From the UHGV virus genome UHGV-1067530: 33,600 bases of DNA; one strand, written 5' to 3'. This DNA comes from a virus. Positions 1 through 8,416 of this stretch are shown here, in pieces; position 1 is the first letter of the stretch, and the number at the start of each line of letters is the position of its first letter. A program made the position numbers and the translations under genes. The notes below the pieces were generated by a model that had not been told where the DNA came from, ran no database searches, and saw nothing but the letters and a program-made list of their open reading frames with translations.

Positions 1-39
1 AACAAGTTGCTAACAAGTGCCTTAAAAGCATAACTATGT

Positions 40-860
40 AGGGTTTGTTAAGAAAGAAGAGTTGTCATGTTAATAGCTTGTTAAAAAGATTAAACACTTG
101 TTAGGAACTTGTTAATTATCTTAACAAAATAACTCTTTAAAATTAACTTGTTAGTCATCTGTTAAGCATCTGTAAAGCCTATTCAGCACTTGTTAGAAAA
201 CTGTTACAGCCTTGTTAGTTCTGTTAAGAAACTGTTAAGACCTTTAAAGAGTTGTTAAGAAGATGTGAGAACTGTTAAGAGATTGTTAAGGATATTTTAA
301 AATTCTGCAAAGGGGGTGTTAAGGGGCTGTTAAGGGCTACCAAGCAGATATACATCCTAATCAGATATTTTTCAGTTCCTTCAAAGACCCTAAAAAATGA
401 CTTGATAGTCCTATTTTATAAAAATTTTAAAATTCTGAATAATTACCTATACAGTCTTTTAAAAATACAGGTAGAAACAGGCTTATAAGATACCTTGTTA
501 GTACCGTGTTAGACCTTGTGAGATAAGGTCTGTAAAGATATCCCTGTTAAGTTTGTTAAAACAGTCTATATAGAAGCTTAGTAATACCTAGTGAACACCT
601 ATAGAGGGTATCATAGCTAACATAATGGGTTAAGAGGTGTATAGGAGCTTCTAAGAGGGTATAGAGAGGTGGTTAAGGTGATTGTATAGGTTGTTAAGAA
701 GGCTTGTTAGAAGAGTGTTTAGAAGGCTTGTTAGAGGGCTAGTTAGAAGGGTTATACAGAGGGCTATTAAGACCACTAGATAGTTACTAAGATACTATAT
801 AGTACTATATAACTATATAGAGAGTAAGATTAAGAAGGTTGTTAAGAAGGATAGATATTT
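40..860 (+). repeat. Array of ~40 short same-strand repeats (TGTTAR at 46-332 and 497-558; GTTAGAAGG-like at 620-770; ACTATATAG x3 near 790-820), spaced ~10-11 bp
   Basis: Direct reading: TGTTA at 191, 202, 213, 222, 233, 253, 273, 284, 317, 328 etc.; no ORF of 60 aa or more in the region. Confidence 0.7.
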
Positions 861-910
861 TGTTCACATATGATGGTGACCCAGAGGTTGGGACAACCGA
901 TAAAATTTTA

Positions 911-942
911 TAAAAATAAAAAGCCCCCAATTAAGGAGGCTC
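911..942 (-). terminator. Putative intrinsic terminator after the 953-1504 gene
   Basis: On the minus strand: stem GCCTCC/GGGGGC with loop ttaatt, followed by a T-rich run (TTTTTATTTTT). Confidence 0.45.
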
Positions 943-952
943 TTAAGATATT

Positions 953-1504
953 TTAAATCAGTGTTTCCAGAACTGTTTTTAATGATGACTTGGTTGTCTG
1001 ATAAAAATGAGTGAATCCATTGTTGTTATCAAATATCTGCATCATGATATCATCTCCCTTGATTGGGTACACTCGGATATCATAGTGAAACCCATTAAAG
1101 ACAGCAGAACCATTACAGAACACACTAAAATCATCCACTGAGATATACTCTTCATGACCTGTGATTTTTATACAGACACCTTTACTTGGTCTCTTAGGGT
1201 TGATATCTTCCATCACAGACATACTCTGTCCACCAAGAGATACCATCGTGACCACTTTACGGTTCTTCTGTTTAAAGTACATTTTAACTTTCTGTAAAGT
1301 GTCTTCATAGAACGGATAAGACTTTTCTACAAAGATTCCTTCAAGTGGCTCTTTACCATTTCTAACTTCTCTGATATGTCGTACTGAGAAAATAAGTTGC
1401 TCTAGTATGTCAAGACTTTCTTTGGAGAGTGCTTCTCGAACATCACTCCAATCAAGAACTAGGTAGTTACCTTCAACTTCTTTTACATCCATAAGCTCTT
1501 TCAT
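953..1504 (-). CDS. hypothetical protein (183 aa)
   Basis: Intact ORF in a co-directional, tightly packed block; no motif recognised. Confidence 0.5.
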   Translation of the reverse strand: MKELMDVKEVEGNYLVLDWSDVREALSKESLDILEQLIFSVRHIREVRNGKEPLEGIFVEKSYPFYEDTLQKVKMYFKQKNRKVVTMVSLGGQSMSVMEDINPKRPSKGVCIKITGHEEYISVDDFSVFCNGSAVFNGFHYDIRVYPIKGDDIMMQIFDNNNGFTHFYQTTKSSLKTVLETLI

Positions 1505-1558
1505 TCCGCTACCTTCTAAGTTTCTATAAAGGGGCTATCAAGTAACCCCCTCAAGTTA

Positions 1559-1783
1559 CTACTCAGACTTTTCAGTCTTCTTATCGGATTTCTTACTAGT
1601 CTTCTTCTCAGCTTTCTGCTCAGGTTCCTTCTCAGAAGTTGCCTTGATAACCATATCAAGAAGCTCTGATAAGTCACTCTTCAGCAAAGTAACAGGCTGC
1701 TCGTTGTAGAAGTTTTTGTCAAGATAGACTTTAAACTCTTCTATAGAAGGGAATCCAAAAATTGGTACAGGTGTCTTAATCAT
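1559..1783 (-). CDS. hypothetical protein (74 aa), Lys/Glu-rich C-terminus
   Basis: ORF in operon context; low-complexity KKTSKKSDKKTEKSE tail. Confidence 0.4.
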   Translation of the reverse strand: MIKTPVPIFGFPSIEEFKVYLDKNFYNEQPVTLLKSDLSELLDMVIKATSEKEPEQKAEKKTSKKSDKKTEKSE

Positions 1784-1859
1784 TACTTAGTCTCTCCATA
1801 GGCATCTTTTAAGATTGCCTTGTTAATCATTTCAGCTATTGCAAAACGAACACATACAG

Positions 1860-2393
1860 CTATAATTGTAGGTTGCATTCTTTACTTACCTCTTCAAGTT
1901 TAACCTCAGAGTCCTTAAGTCGTTTCTTATGAACTCTGAACCTCATTAGTGAGATGATGATACCAGCTAAAGGAACAGCATACAAGTACCAAATATCTTG
2001 TACCTTTGCGGTAATCTGTGTAATTGTCAAATCTTGAGCTGTGTAGCTGATTACTGATACTGCCAGTAACGTTGCTAAGAAGAATGCCAGTCCCATAACA
2101 ATACTTAGGCAGCCTCTGGCATGGTGTTCATGCTTAATGCACTTATTCTTTTCGTCAACAACTCTGTTGTAGTCATTTGCAAAGTCTCTGTAGAAAGCTT
2201 TCAGGTATTCTTGAGTGTAGCCTTCAAAGCAACCTGTGCCATACCAGTAATCACCACCAAAATGTGCGATGATACCAGTATCTCCATTTGGTTTCGTCAC
2301 TCTTAAAGAAGTGTGATGGCGAGTATCCTGAAAATCTATCTTGTATCTTTCTTCGTAAATCATTTTCCAACCCCTCTCAATCGTTTGTTCCAC
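1860..2393 (-). CDS. hypothetical membrane protein (177 aa)
   Basis: Two hydrophobic segments (LSIVMGLAFFLATLLAVSVI and YLYAVPLAGIIISL) read as TM helices; a holin-like role is speculative. Confidence 0.45.
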   Translation of the reverse strand: MEQTIERGWKMIYEERYKIDFQDTRHHTSLRVTKPNGDTGIIAHFGGDYWYGTGCFEGYTQEYLKAFYRDFANDYNRVVDEKNKCIKHEHHARGCLSIVMGLAFFLATLLAVSVISYTAQDLTITQITAKVQDIWYLYAVPLAGIIISLMRFRVHKKRLKDSEVKLEEVSKECNLQL

Positions 2394-2578
2394 TCAAGGT
2401 CAACAAGTCTTTGCAGAACTTTCCCTCTAGGTGTTACACCTTTTAAATCTGCATCATAGCAATGGTAAAAATCACCTTCAGCGTGCTTACCATAGCATTT
2501 TCTGATATTCTGGCTTCTGCGATACTGTTCTAACAGGGAAAGTTTGTAGTAGTCTTCAACTGTAGTTAGTTTTTTCAT
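2360..2578 (-). CDS. hypothetical protein (72 aa)
   Basis: ORF overlaps its neighbours by 34 nt and 4 nt; true start uncertain. Confidence 0.3.
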   Translation of the reverse strand: MKKLTTVEDYYKLSLLEQYRRSQNIRKCYGKHAEGDFYHCYDADLKGVTPRGKVLQRLVDLEWNKRLRGVGK

Positions 2579-3120
2579 TCTTTCACCATAGCGTTTCTGA
2601 ACTGGCGTTGTGTTTCTCTTGTAATTTCGTTTGGAGTAAACCCTGCTTTTAGCATATCTCTGAAAAGAACTTCTAAATGATTCCTCTCAATGATGTAAAT
2701 GGCATTCTGAATAGCTGTTTTACGCTCCTTCAGGTCACTACTAATCTCTTCACACTTACTGGTAAGTTCTGTATCAACTTTCTTAAAGACTGGCATAATA
2801 TGTGTATGACCGCCCTTAGCAGCATCCATGAAAAATTTAAAAGACTCTTCAGAGTCCTTTAGAGCAATCCCTATAAAGTTTTTGTAAGCACCTGTGAAAG
2901 ATAAGGACTCAATCTCAGCAGTTGAGTATACAGTCCCTGCACACAGTCTTGCAGAAGTACTGAATGTGTGGTTTGGTGTTGTGTCAAAGTCTAAGTTCTT
3001 CAGTGGTCGGAAATAAACTGTACCGTTGTGTGAGATATGTGTTACAACAGCCTCAACACTCTTTGAAGGATTCTGTTTAACATACAAAATAATTTTATCG
3101 TGTTCTTTCACTTTAGCCAT
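2575..3120 (-). CDS. hypothetical protein (181 aa)
   Basis: ORF with overlapping stop/start to the downstream gene. Confidence 0.5.
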   Translation of the reverse strand: MAKVKEHDKIILYVKQNPSKSVEAVVTHISHNGTVYFRPLKNLDFDTTPNHTFSTSARLCAGTVYSTAEIESLSFTGAYKNFIGIALKDSEESFKFFMDAAKGGHTHIMPVFKKVDTELTSKCEEISSDLKERKTAIQNAIYIIERNHLEVLFRDMLKAGFTPNEITRETQRQFRNAMVKE

Positions 3121-3192
3121 ATCTACTCTCCAGAAACTAAAAAGGGAACTACCTCTCGATAGCTCCCATCATAATCAGTTTTGTATAATTGG

Positions 3193-3774
3193 TCAAGAGT
3201 ATTTTTTAGGCAGTAATGCACTGCGCTTGTTACTCTCTTCACTCAATAGTGCAATGAAATCATCACTTTTACCTTTCCACGGGCTAAATGAAGGGATATG
3301 CTCACGGATAGCCTCAATCACTGTTTTAAGTGCTGTGTTCTTCATCCACCAATCAGAATCTGCTGATGCTACCACGTAGTAGCCACCATCATCAGTTAAA
3401 ATTGGCTCTGAAATACATGGTGAAATCAAAGTGGTAATAATTGAACCATTGTTCATGTAGTATGTACGCTTAATAACCTTTTCAAGAAGCTTGTGAAGGT
3501 CACCAAATAGTGTTACAAGTTCTTTGTGGTCAATATCTTTTTCGAGGTTTGCTCGATACTTCAATAGTGCAGCATCAACCTCTCTGTCATTGAACTTGAA
3601 ATATTGAACTTCATCAACAAGGCAAACACTGATGTTGTTAACATTCATAGTCAGCTTGCAAACTTTTGCAGGAGAGTTGATGCTTGGTTGAAAAAGTGCA
3701 ACACACCCTTCAATATTCCCAAAGTGTTGTACAAGTGTTACTTGTGGAATGATATCCTGTTGCTCTTCGGACAT
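3193..3774 (-). CDS. hypothetical protein (193 aa)
   Basis: ORF in early-block context. Confidence 0.5.
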   Translation of the reverse strand: MSEEQQDIIPQVTLVQHFGNIEGCVALFQPSINSPAKVCKLTMNVNNISVCLVDEVQYFKFNDREVDAALLKYRANLEKDIDHKELVTLFGDLHKLLEKVIKRTYYMNNGSIITTLISPCISEPILTDDGGYYVVASADSDWWMKNTALKTVIEAIREHIPSFSPWKGKSDDFIALLSEESNKRSALLPKKYS

Positions 3775-4118
3775 TACAGTTTCCTCATTAAATACTTTTT
3801 AAGTTGTGTGTTAGGTTTCTCAAAAACTTCTATAGAAGATATCTTGACAGATTCACCACGCATACCAGTATGTTTGAATATGTAATACTCTAGCATTCCT
3901 ATGTACTTTGCTGGTAAGTCGTATTTGACATACACCGTCACAGAATCTTCAAATTCAACGACCTTTGTACCATCTTTGTAGTTAAACTCTTTAGGATGGT
4001 TGTAGTTGTCTATGTCGTACATTAAAAAGAGTCTTTTACGTTGTAAGTCAAGCTTATTTGTTAAAGACTCTTTGATATCTGCGAAGTTTTTGTAAACTGT
4101 GACATGGAGCTTACTCAT
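3774..4118 (-). CDS. hypothetical protein (114 aa)
   Basis: ORF; start overlaps the upstream gene. Confidence 0.45.
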   Translation of the reverse strand: MSKLHVTVYKNFADIKESLTNKLDLQRKRLFLMYDIDNYNHPKEFNYKDGTKVVEFEDSVTVYVKYDLPAKYIGMLEYYIFKHTGMRGESVKISSIEVFEKPNTQLKKYLMRKL

Positions 4119-4404
4119 CGTTAAACTCTCTGACGAAGAAATAGTTGACTTTGTTATTGCCTACCATAAGGTCAAAGCAGGTATTCTCAAAAGGTTTGTT
4201 GTAGGCATCATAGGAAGTGTGTGTATCAGCTACTTGTTTAGTATTGAGCTTTTTACTTGATGGGTTTAAGAGGCCACCATACAGTTTCTTGATAGCCTCT
4301 TCTACAACAGACCAGATAATTTCGTCAGTAATTTCTTCGTACAGGTCAAGTTCACGCTCTAGTGAGAAGTCACAAATAGGGAAAACAACCTGTACTTTAC
4401 TCAT
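4111..4404 (-). CDS. hypothetical acidic protein (97 aa)
   Basis: ORF; Glu/Asp-rich. Confidence 0.45.
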   Translation of the reverse strand: MSKVQVVFPICDFSLERELDLYEEITDEIIWSVVEEAIKKLYGGLLNPSSKKLNTKQVADTHTSYDAYNKPFENTCFDLMVGNNKVNYFFVREFNDE

Positions 4405-4799
4405 TAACGAATAACCTGTGAGACTTGAATTGCTTCAGTTACTGACAAGTCACCTACTTTCTCTTCTTTGATAAAAGTGAAGGTGAGTTCAACAGGTTCT
4501 TGCTCTTCTTGCTCAACTGGAACACCATTAAGCTCATCAAAGATTGACTGAGTTGTCCAGTCTTCTCCACCATCTGGATAGTGGACTGCATAAAGAGGAA
4601 ACTCTAAATTATACCAAGCAAAAACAGGACAACCGTCGGCATCATCTCGGCATCTGTGGAGATATGTGTTTGTACCTTCAAAATGCAAATGAAGATTGCC
4701 ATTCTTCTCAAAGAGAAGAGCATCTTGCAGGTCTAGTTCCTCATTTTCGCTGTAACGACTGACATCAACTTTAACGTGGATATGACTGTTATTATTCAT
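4404..4799 (-). CDS. hypothetical acidic protein (131 aa)
   Basis: ORF; many E/D residues (EQEEQEPVE, DDADG). Confidence 0.5.
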   Translation of the reverse strand: MNNNSHIHVKVDVSRYSENEELDLQDALLFEKNGNLHLHFEGTNTYLHRCRDDADGCPVFAWYNLEFPLYAVHYPDGGEDWTTQSIFDELNGVPVEQEEQEPVELTFTFIKEEKVGDLSVTEAIQVSQVIR

Positions 4800-5190
4800 A
4801 AAAACCTCTCTCTGCTTGTTCGATTTTTGCTCTTAAAATTTCACAGCGTTCTATGTGATATCTGGCCTCATGCTCATGTGTTGCCAAAGTCCTTTCAAGG
4901 ACTGTTTTATAGTAACTCGCAAGCTGCCCTCTTGTCAAGGGGTGTTCTGAAATAATATCAAGGCCACTTTCACCTAGAGTATTAAACTGCCCGTGTTCAT
5001 TTACATGGTAAGTCTCAAACTTGAACAGGCCGTTGTTAGCAGACTCGATAGGTGAGAGTTCAGCCAACTCAACAGTGAACATTGTGTGTACCCTATCACC
5101 AACTGTAACAATGTTGCTCCCAATAATTCGTACCATAGAGCCATTACGAGTGTACTTAAAAGTTCCAACATCATCAGCCCAAAGTTTCAT
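4792..5190 (-). CDS. hypothetical protein (132 aa)
   Basis: ORF preceded on the minus strand by an AGGAG-type RBS. Confidence 0.5.
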   Translation of the reverse strand: MKLWADDVGTFKYTRNGSMVRIIGSNIVTVGDRVHTMFTVELAELSPIESANNGLFKFETYHVNEHGQFNTLGESGLDIISEHPLTRGQLASYYKTVLERTLATHEHEARYHIERCEILRAKIEQAERGFYE

Positions 5191-5200
5191 AGTTTTCTCC

Positions 5201-5228
5201 TTAGAAAATAAAAAAGGCTCCCGAAGGA
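5201..5228 (-). terminator. Putative intrinsic terminator after the lysozyme gene
   Basis: Stem GGCTCC/GGAGCC with loop cgaa; on the minus strand it is followed by TTTTTTATTTT. Confidence 0.5.
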
Positions 5229-5241
5229 GCCTATGAAGATA

Positions 5242-5706
5242 TTACTTTGGATATACACTGTCAAGATAAATGTCAGCTTCCATTCTACGTCTGTTTTTCA
5301 GGCCGTTTGAAGTGACTTTCTTACCTTTGACTGTAACCTTGTTCCACCACTGCATAGCTTCTGCACAACCTACCTTATTACCAGCGTTGTGGCGCTTGAT
5401 AAATGTAGAGTCCTGCATAGCTGTGATGCCAATGTTGTATGTTTCACTTACAAGTGCGTCAAACTCATTCTGGGAAGTTGGAACCTTGATGGATTTGTTC
5501 ACTGCTGCAACGAACTTTTCAACATCTGCGAGAAGATACTGTTCAGCTTGTTCAGCCGTAATTTTCATACCCATCTTAACAGGTTTTCCGTCAATACGGA
5601 TTGTACCATACCCGATTGTTGGGATTCCGGCAGAATCTTCGTAAGCCTCTAGCTTAAGACCTTCAAAGAACTTAATAGCTTCTAAACCTTTTCTTGAGAG
5701 TTGCAT
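5242..5706 (-). CDS. Lysozyme / endolysin, T4-lysozyme-like (glycoside hydrolase family 24)
   Basis: N-terminal FEGLKLEAYEDSAGIPTIGYG matches the T4 lysozyme catalytic motif (E...D...T, [21 protein letters not shown]). Confidence 0.8.
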   Translation of the reverse strand: MQLSRKGLEAIKFFEGLKLEAYEDSAGIPTIGYGTIRIDGKPVKMGMKITAEQAEQYLLADVEKFVAAVNKSIKVPTSQNEFDALVSETYNIGITAMQDSTFIKRHNAGNKVGCAEAMQWWNKVTVKGKKVTSNGLKNRRRMEADIYLDSVYPK

Positions 5707-6338
5707 TATGCCTCCCCTGCTGGGTTAACAGTAACTGTTGCCACATTAGATGTTACAGAGCCACCTGCGCCAGTAACTACACAGGTGTAGCTTCCTGAAT
5801 CAGCAGCGGTTGCACCTTCTTTGGTGTAAGTTGCAGTAGTTGCATCGAGGATATCTTCCTCACCTTTCTTCCACTGGTAACCTGTCGCACCTGTTGCCGC
5901 AACATTCAGCGTTAAGGTCTCACCTTCAGTGATTTCTTGATTGGTTGGCTGCTGAGTGATTGCTGGTGGCTTGATAGCATCCTTCAACTTAGCATTCAAC
6001 ATTGAGAACGGCTTAACCATTGCCAGCCATTCACAATAAATTGTATCAACGTCTTTACCATTGATAATTGCATATTGTAAGTCCATGAAGAAGTCAGAAG
6101 TTCTCATTTGAGCACCGATGCTGTAAAGCAACTCATCACTAAATGGGACTTTGTAGTCTGGTTTGTAGTCAAACTCCTCAACTTCTGCAATATCAGCTTC
6201 AGGCCAATACGAACTATAGGTAAGTGGTAAAATAGCCTCTTGATATGTTCTAAAATCATATCTCTTACCAGCTTTTACGTTTGCAATGAAGCCCTTCACA
6301 AACTCTTTGAAGTCTGGGTAAGTCTTTGCTTTAATCAT
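5706..6338 (-). CDS. hypothetical protein with C-terminal Ig-like domain (210 aa)
   Basis: C-terminus (ITQQPTNQEITEGETLTLNVAATGATGYQWKKG...SGSYTCVVTGAGGSVTSNVATVTV) reads as an Ig-like fold; N-terminal ~120 aa is paralogous to the 6335-6706 product. Confidence 0.55.
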   Translation of the reverse strand: MIKAKTYPDFKEFVKGFIANVKAGKRYDFRTYQEAILPLTYSSYWPEADIAEVEEFDYKPDYKVPFSDELLYSIGAQMRTSDFFMDLQYAIINGKDVDTIYCEWLAMVKPFSMLNAKLKDAIKPPAITQQPTNQEITEGETLTLNVAATGATGYQWKKGEEDILDATTATYTKEGATAADSGSYTCVVTGAGGSVTSNVATVTVNPAGEA

Positions 6339-6706
6339 TTCTTTTTAGCCTCTAAATGTGCGTTTAGTCTAAAATAACCTTTGTGATGCGGAGATACATC
6401 ACCAACAACAATACCTTTAACCTTATAGCCTTTACCAATTACATACTGGATATCCATAAGGAATCTTCCAAGACCAACAATATGGAACATTGGATATAAT
6501 AGATTCTCAGAATCTGGAATATTGATTTCAGGTTTGTAGGTGCGTTGTTCGCTTGTCGGTGTAATATCTTCTTCAGGCCATTTACTGAGTCTCCATGTCA
6601 AAGGTGTTGGGATAACATCATTAAGGTTGTACCTTTCACCATTTTGCACGGAATTGATATAGGATTGTAGGAAGCAATAAAAGTCTTTTGCACTCTTAGC
6701 TTTCAT
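6335..6706 (-). CDS. hypothetical protein (123 aa), paralog of the 5706-6338 N-terminal domain
   Basis: Shared motifs WPEEDI/WPEADI, YKP, MDIQYVI/MDLQYAI. Confidence 0.5.
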   Translation of the reverse strand: MKAKSAKDFYCFLQSYINSVQNGERYNLNDVIPTPLTWRLSKWPEEDITPTSEQRTYKPEINIPDSENLLYPMFHIVGLGRFLMDIQYVIGKGYKVKGIVVGDVSPHHKGYFRLNAHLEAKKK

Positions 6707-6753
6707 TAAATATCCTTATAAATAGTTAAAGGGGCATCAGCCCCTATTCACAC

Positions 6754-7344
6754 TTAAGCTTTGGTCTTAAGTAGGTTCTTAAGTTTTTTAAGATTCATGC
6801 TCTCATCAAACTTAAAACCAAATCCATTGACATAATCAATGAACTCGGATTTCTTACTGAGTGACAATGCGTAACTCATATCAAAGTTCTTACTTGTTTC
6901 TGCGTCTGGACTAGAGTTCACATCAAATGAAATTTCTGTAGGCTCTTGCTTACTTTTTCTCATATTATCAATTAACAAACATGTATAGTTTGCTGGATAG
7001 AAGTTTACACTACCATCAACGTAGCTGTACTTATTATTATGGATAAGGTTGGAAAATACCTTAAGGAATGTTTCTGAGTCGTGGCAAACAAGTTTGAATT
7101 GGCTGCTCTCTCCAAGCGCAACTAATGAGTACGGACTTTCACTATCAAAGTCATAGTTTGGATTTGATGCCGTCACTGTTACACGCATCAAGTTATTAGC
7201 AATAGTCTTCTGTTTAAAAGAATTTTGAACATAGTGAAGACCCCTCTCACACTGATTGACTAGCTCTTTAAGTAGGTCATTTGCATATGGTGAGTTAATT
7301 GATACAGAGCCGTCACTATTGTAATTAAAACTTACTGTTAACAT
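6754..7344 (-). CDS. hypothetical protein (196 aa)
   Basis: ORF in early-block context. Confidence 0.5.
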   Translation of the reverse strand: MLTVSFNYNSDGSVSINSPYANDLLKELVNQCERGLHYVQNSFKQKTIANNLMRVTVTASNPNYDFDSESPYSLVALGESSQFKLVCHDSETFLKVFSNLIHNNKYSYVDGSVNFYPANYTCLLIDNMRKSKQEPTEISFDVNSSPDAETSKNFDMSYALSLSKKSEFIDYVNGFGFKFDESMNLKKLKNLLKTKA

Positions 7345-7571
7345 TTTTCAGTTCTCCTGCGATTTATAATTTTGCTGCAATAGAGAAACGAAGTAAACTC
7401 ACTGGAAGAAACCACTAAGTGTTGTTCACTAGATTGAGCCATTGCCCTGAAATACATTCCAGTCAAAGCATCATAGTGACTATTCTTTCCAATTGAGGTT
7501 ATATAGCCATGACTCTTTGCAGTTTGATATAAATCTATAATATCTGCGATTTCTAATTGGGAACTACACAT
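7338..7571 (-). CDS. hypothetical protein (77 aa)
   Basis: ORF overlapping neighbours. Confidence 0.35.
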   Translation of the reverse strand: MCSSQLEIADIIDLYQTAKSHGYITSIGKNSHYDALTGMYFRAMAQSSEQHLVVSSSEFTSFLYCSKIINRRRTEKC

Positions 7572-7735
7572 AGATAATCCTCTTGTCTTCTGTAATTTTG
7601 AAAGAACAGGTACAGACCAATTTCAGAGGACGAATAGTAGATTAATTCTACCCTTTTTGATTCCTTACAGTGATTGGTATTCTTACCTTTCTTCGGTTTA
7701 TTTGATTTTCTCATTAAGTCTCCTTTGTAGAACAA
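7553..7735 (-). CDS. hypothetical basic protein (60 aa)
   Basis: Short ORF, first in the leftward block; weak support. Confidence 0.3.
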   Translation of the reverse strand: MFYKGDLMRKSNKPKKGKNTNHCKESKRVELIYYSSSEIGLYLFFQNYRRQEDYLCVVPN

Positions 7736-7814
7736 GGCAGACCTACAGCTTTAAGTAAGATGGTACAGTAATCCATACAACAAGTCAAGAACTATTGCAA
7801 GTTAAAAAAGTTGT

Positions 7815-7854
7815 TGACAAAGCACTTGACAAGGTATAGGCTTATAAATACTTA
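7815..7854 (+). promoter_or_regulatory. Putative sigma70-like promoter region (two TTGACA boxes)
   Basis: aaaaagttgTTGACA at 7815-7820 and TTGACA at 7826-7831; weak -10 candidates (TACTTA) 17 nt downstream. Confidence 0.3.
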
Positions 7855-7963
7855 GAAGATAACTTAAAAGGTTCCTCTAAAAAGGCTATTTAAACAGATA
7901 TCTTTCTGGATATCTATCTTTTATCTTAAAAGCCTTTTAAGAGGTCTTATAAGAGGCATACCA

Positions 7964-8335
7964 ATGAAAAACAGAACAAACAAAGGCCAGTTTAAAAAAG
8001 GCCAGTCTGGAAACCCATCTGGAAGACCAAAAGGCTCTCGTAACAAAAGCTCACTCGTAAAAGCTCAACTGACCATTGATAATTCTGCTGAGTTTGCTGC
8101 AAAGTTGTTTGAAGCGATTGTTACAAGGGACGCTGCTAAGCTTGCAGAGTTCGGGTTAAACACAGACGACGTAACCATCAAGAGCATGATTGAGGTCGGT
8201 AAAACTATCATGACCCACTCAGCAGGTGAGATGAAAGCAATTGCAGCAGATACTAAGAAGACTCCTGATAACAGTAGTCAGTCTCAGACAGAAAACAAAC
8301 CAACGTTCTCTGCTGTTGCAACTCTCAAAAAATAA
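7964..8335 (+). CDS. hypothetical basic protein with N-terminal GQSGNPSGRPKGS motif (DUF5681-like)
   Basis: KGQFKKGQSGNPSGRPKGSRNK motif recalled from phage DUF5681-type proteins; not verified by search. Confidence 0.5.
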   Translation: MKNRTNKGQFKKGQSGNPSGRPKGSRNKSSLVKAQLTIDNSAEFAAKLFEAIVTRDAAKLAEFGLNTDDVTIKSMIEVGKTIMTHSAGEMKAIAADTKKTPDNSSQSQTENKPTFSAVATLKK

Positions 8336-8347
8336 TTTTAAAAGATG

Positions 8348-8377
8348 TTGACAGGCTCTACAAAGTTACTCTAAAGT
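8348..8377 (+). promoter_or_regulatory. Putative promoter upstream of the vWA gene
   Basis: aaaagatgTTGACA, 18-nt spacer, TAAAGT. Confidence 0.35.
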
Positions 8378-8416
8378 CTGTCACATCAAACAACAAATGA
8401 GAGAAGAGAGTAAAAT

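Noticed and set aside
40-860. Possible CRISPR array
   Set aside because: The repeat units are 8-9 nt with 2-3 nt between them rather than 25-40 nt repeats separated by unique spacers, and there are no cas genes in the window
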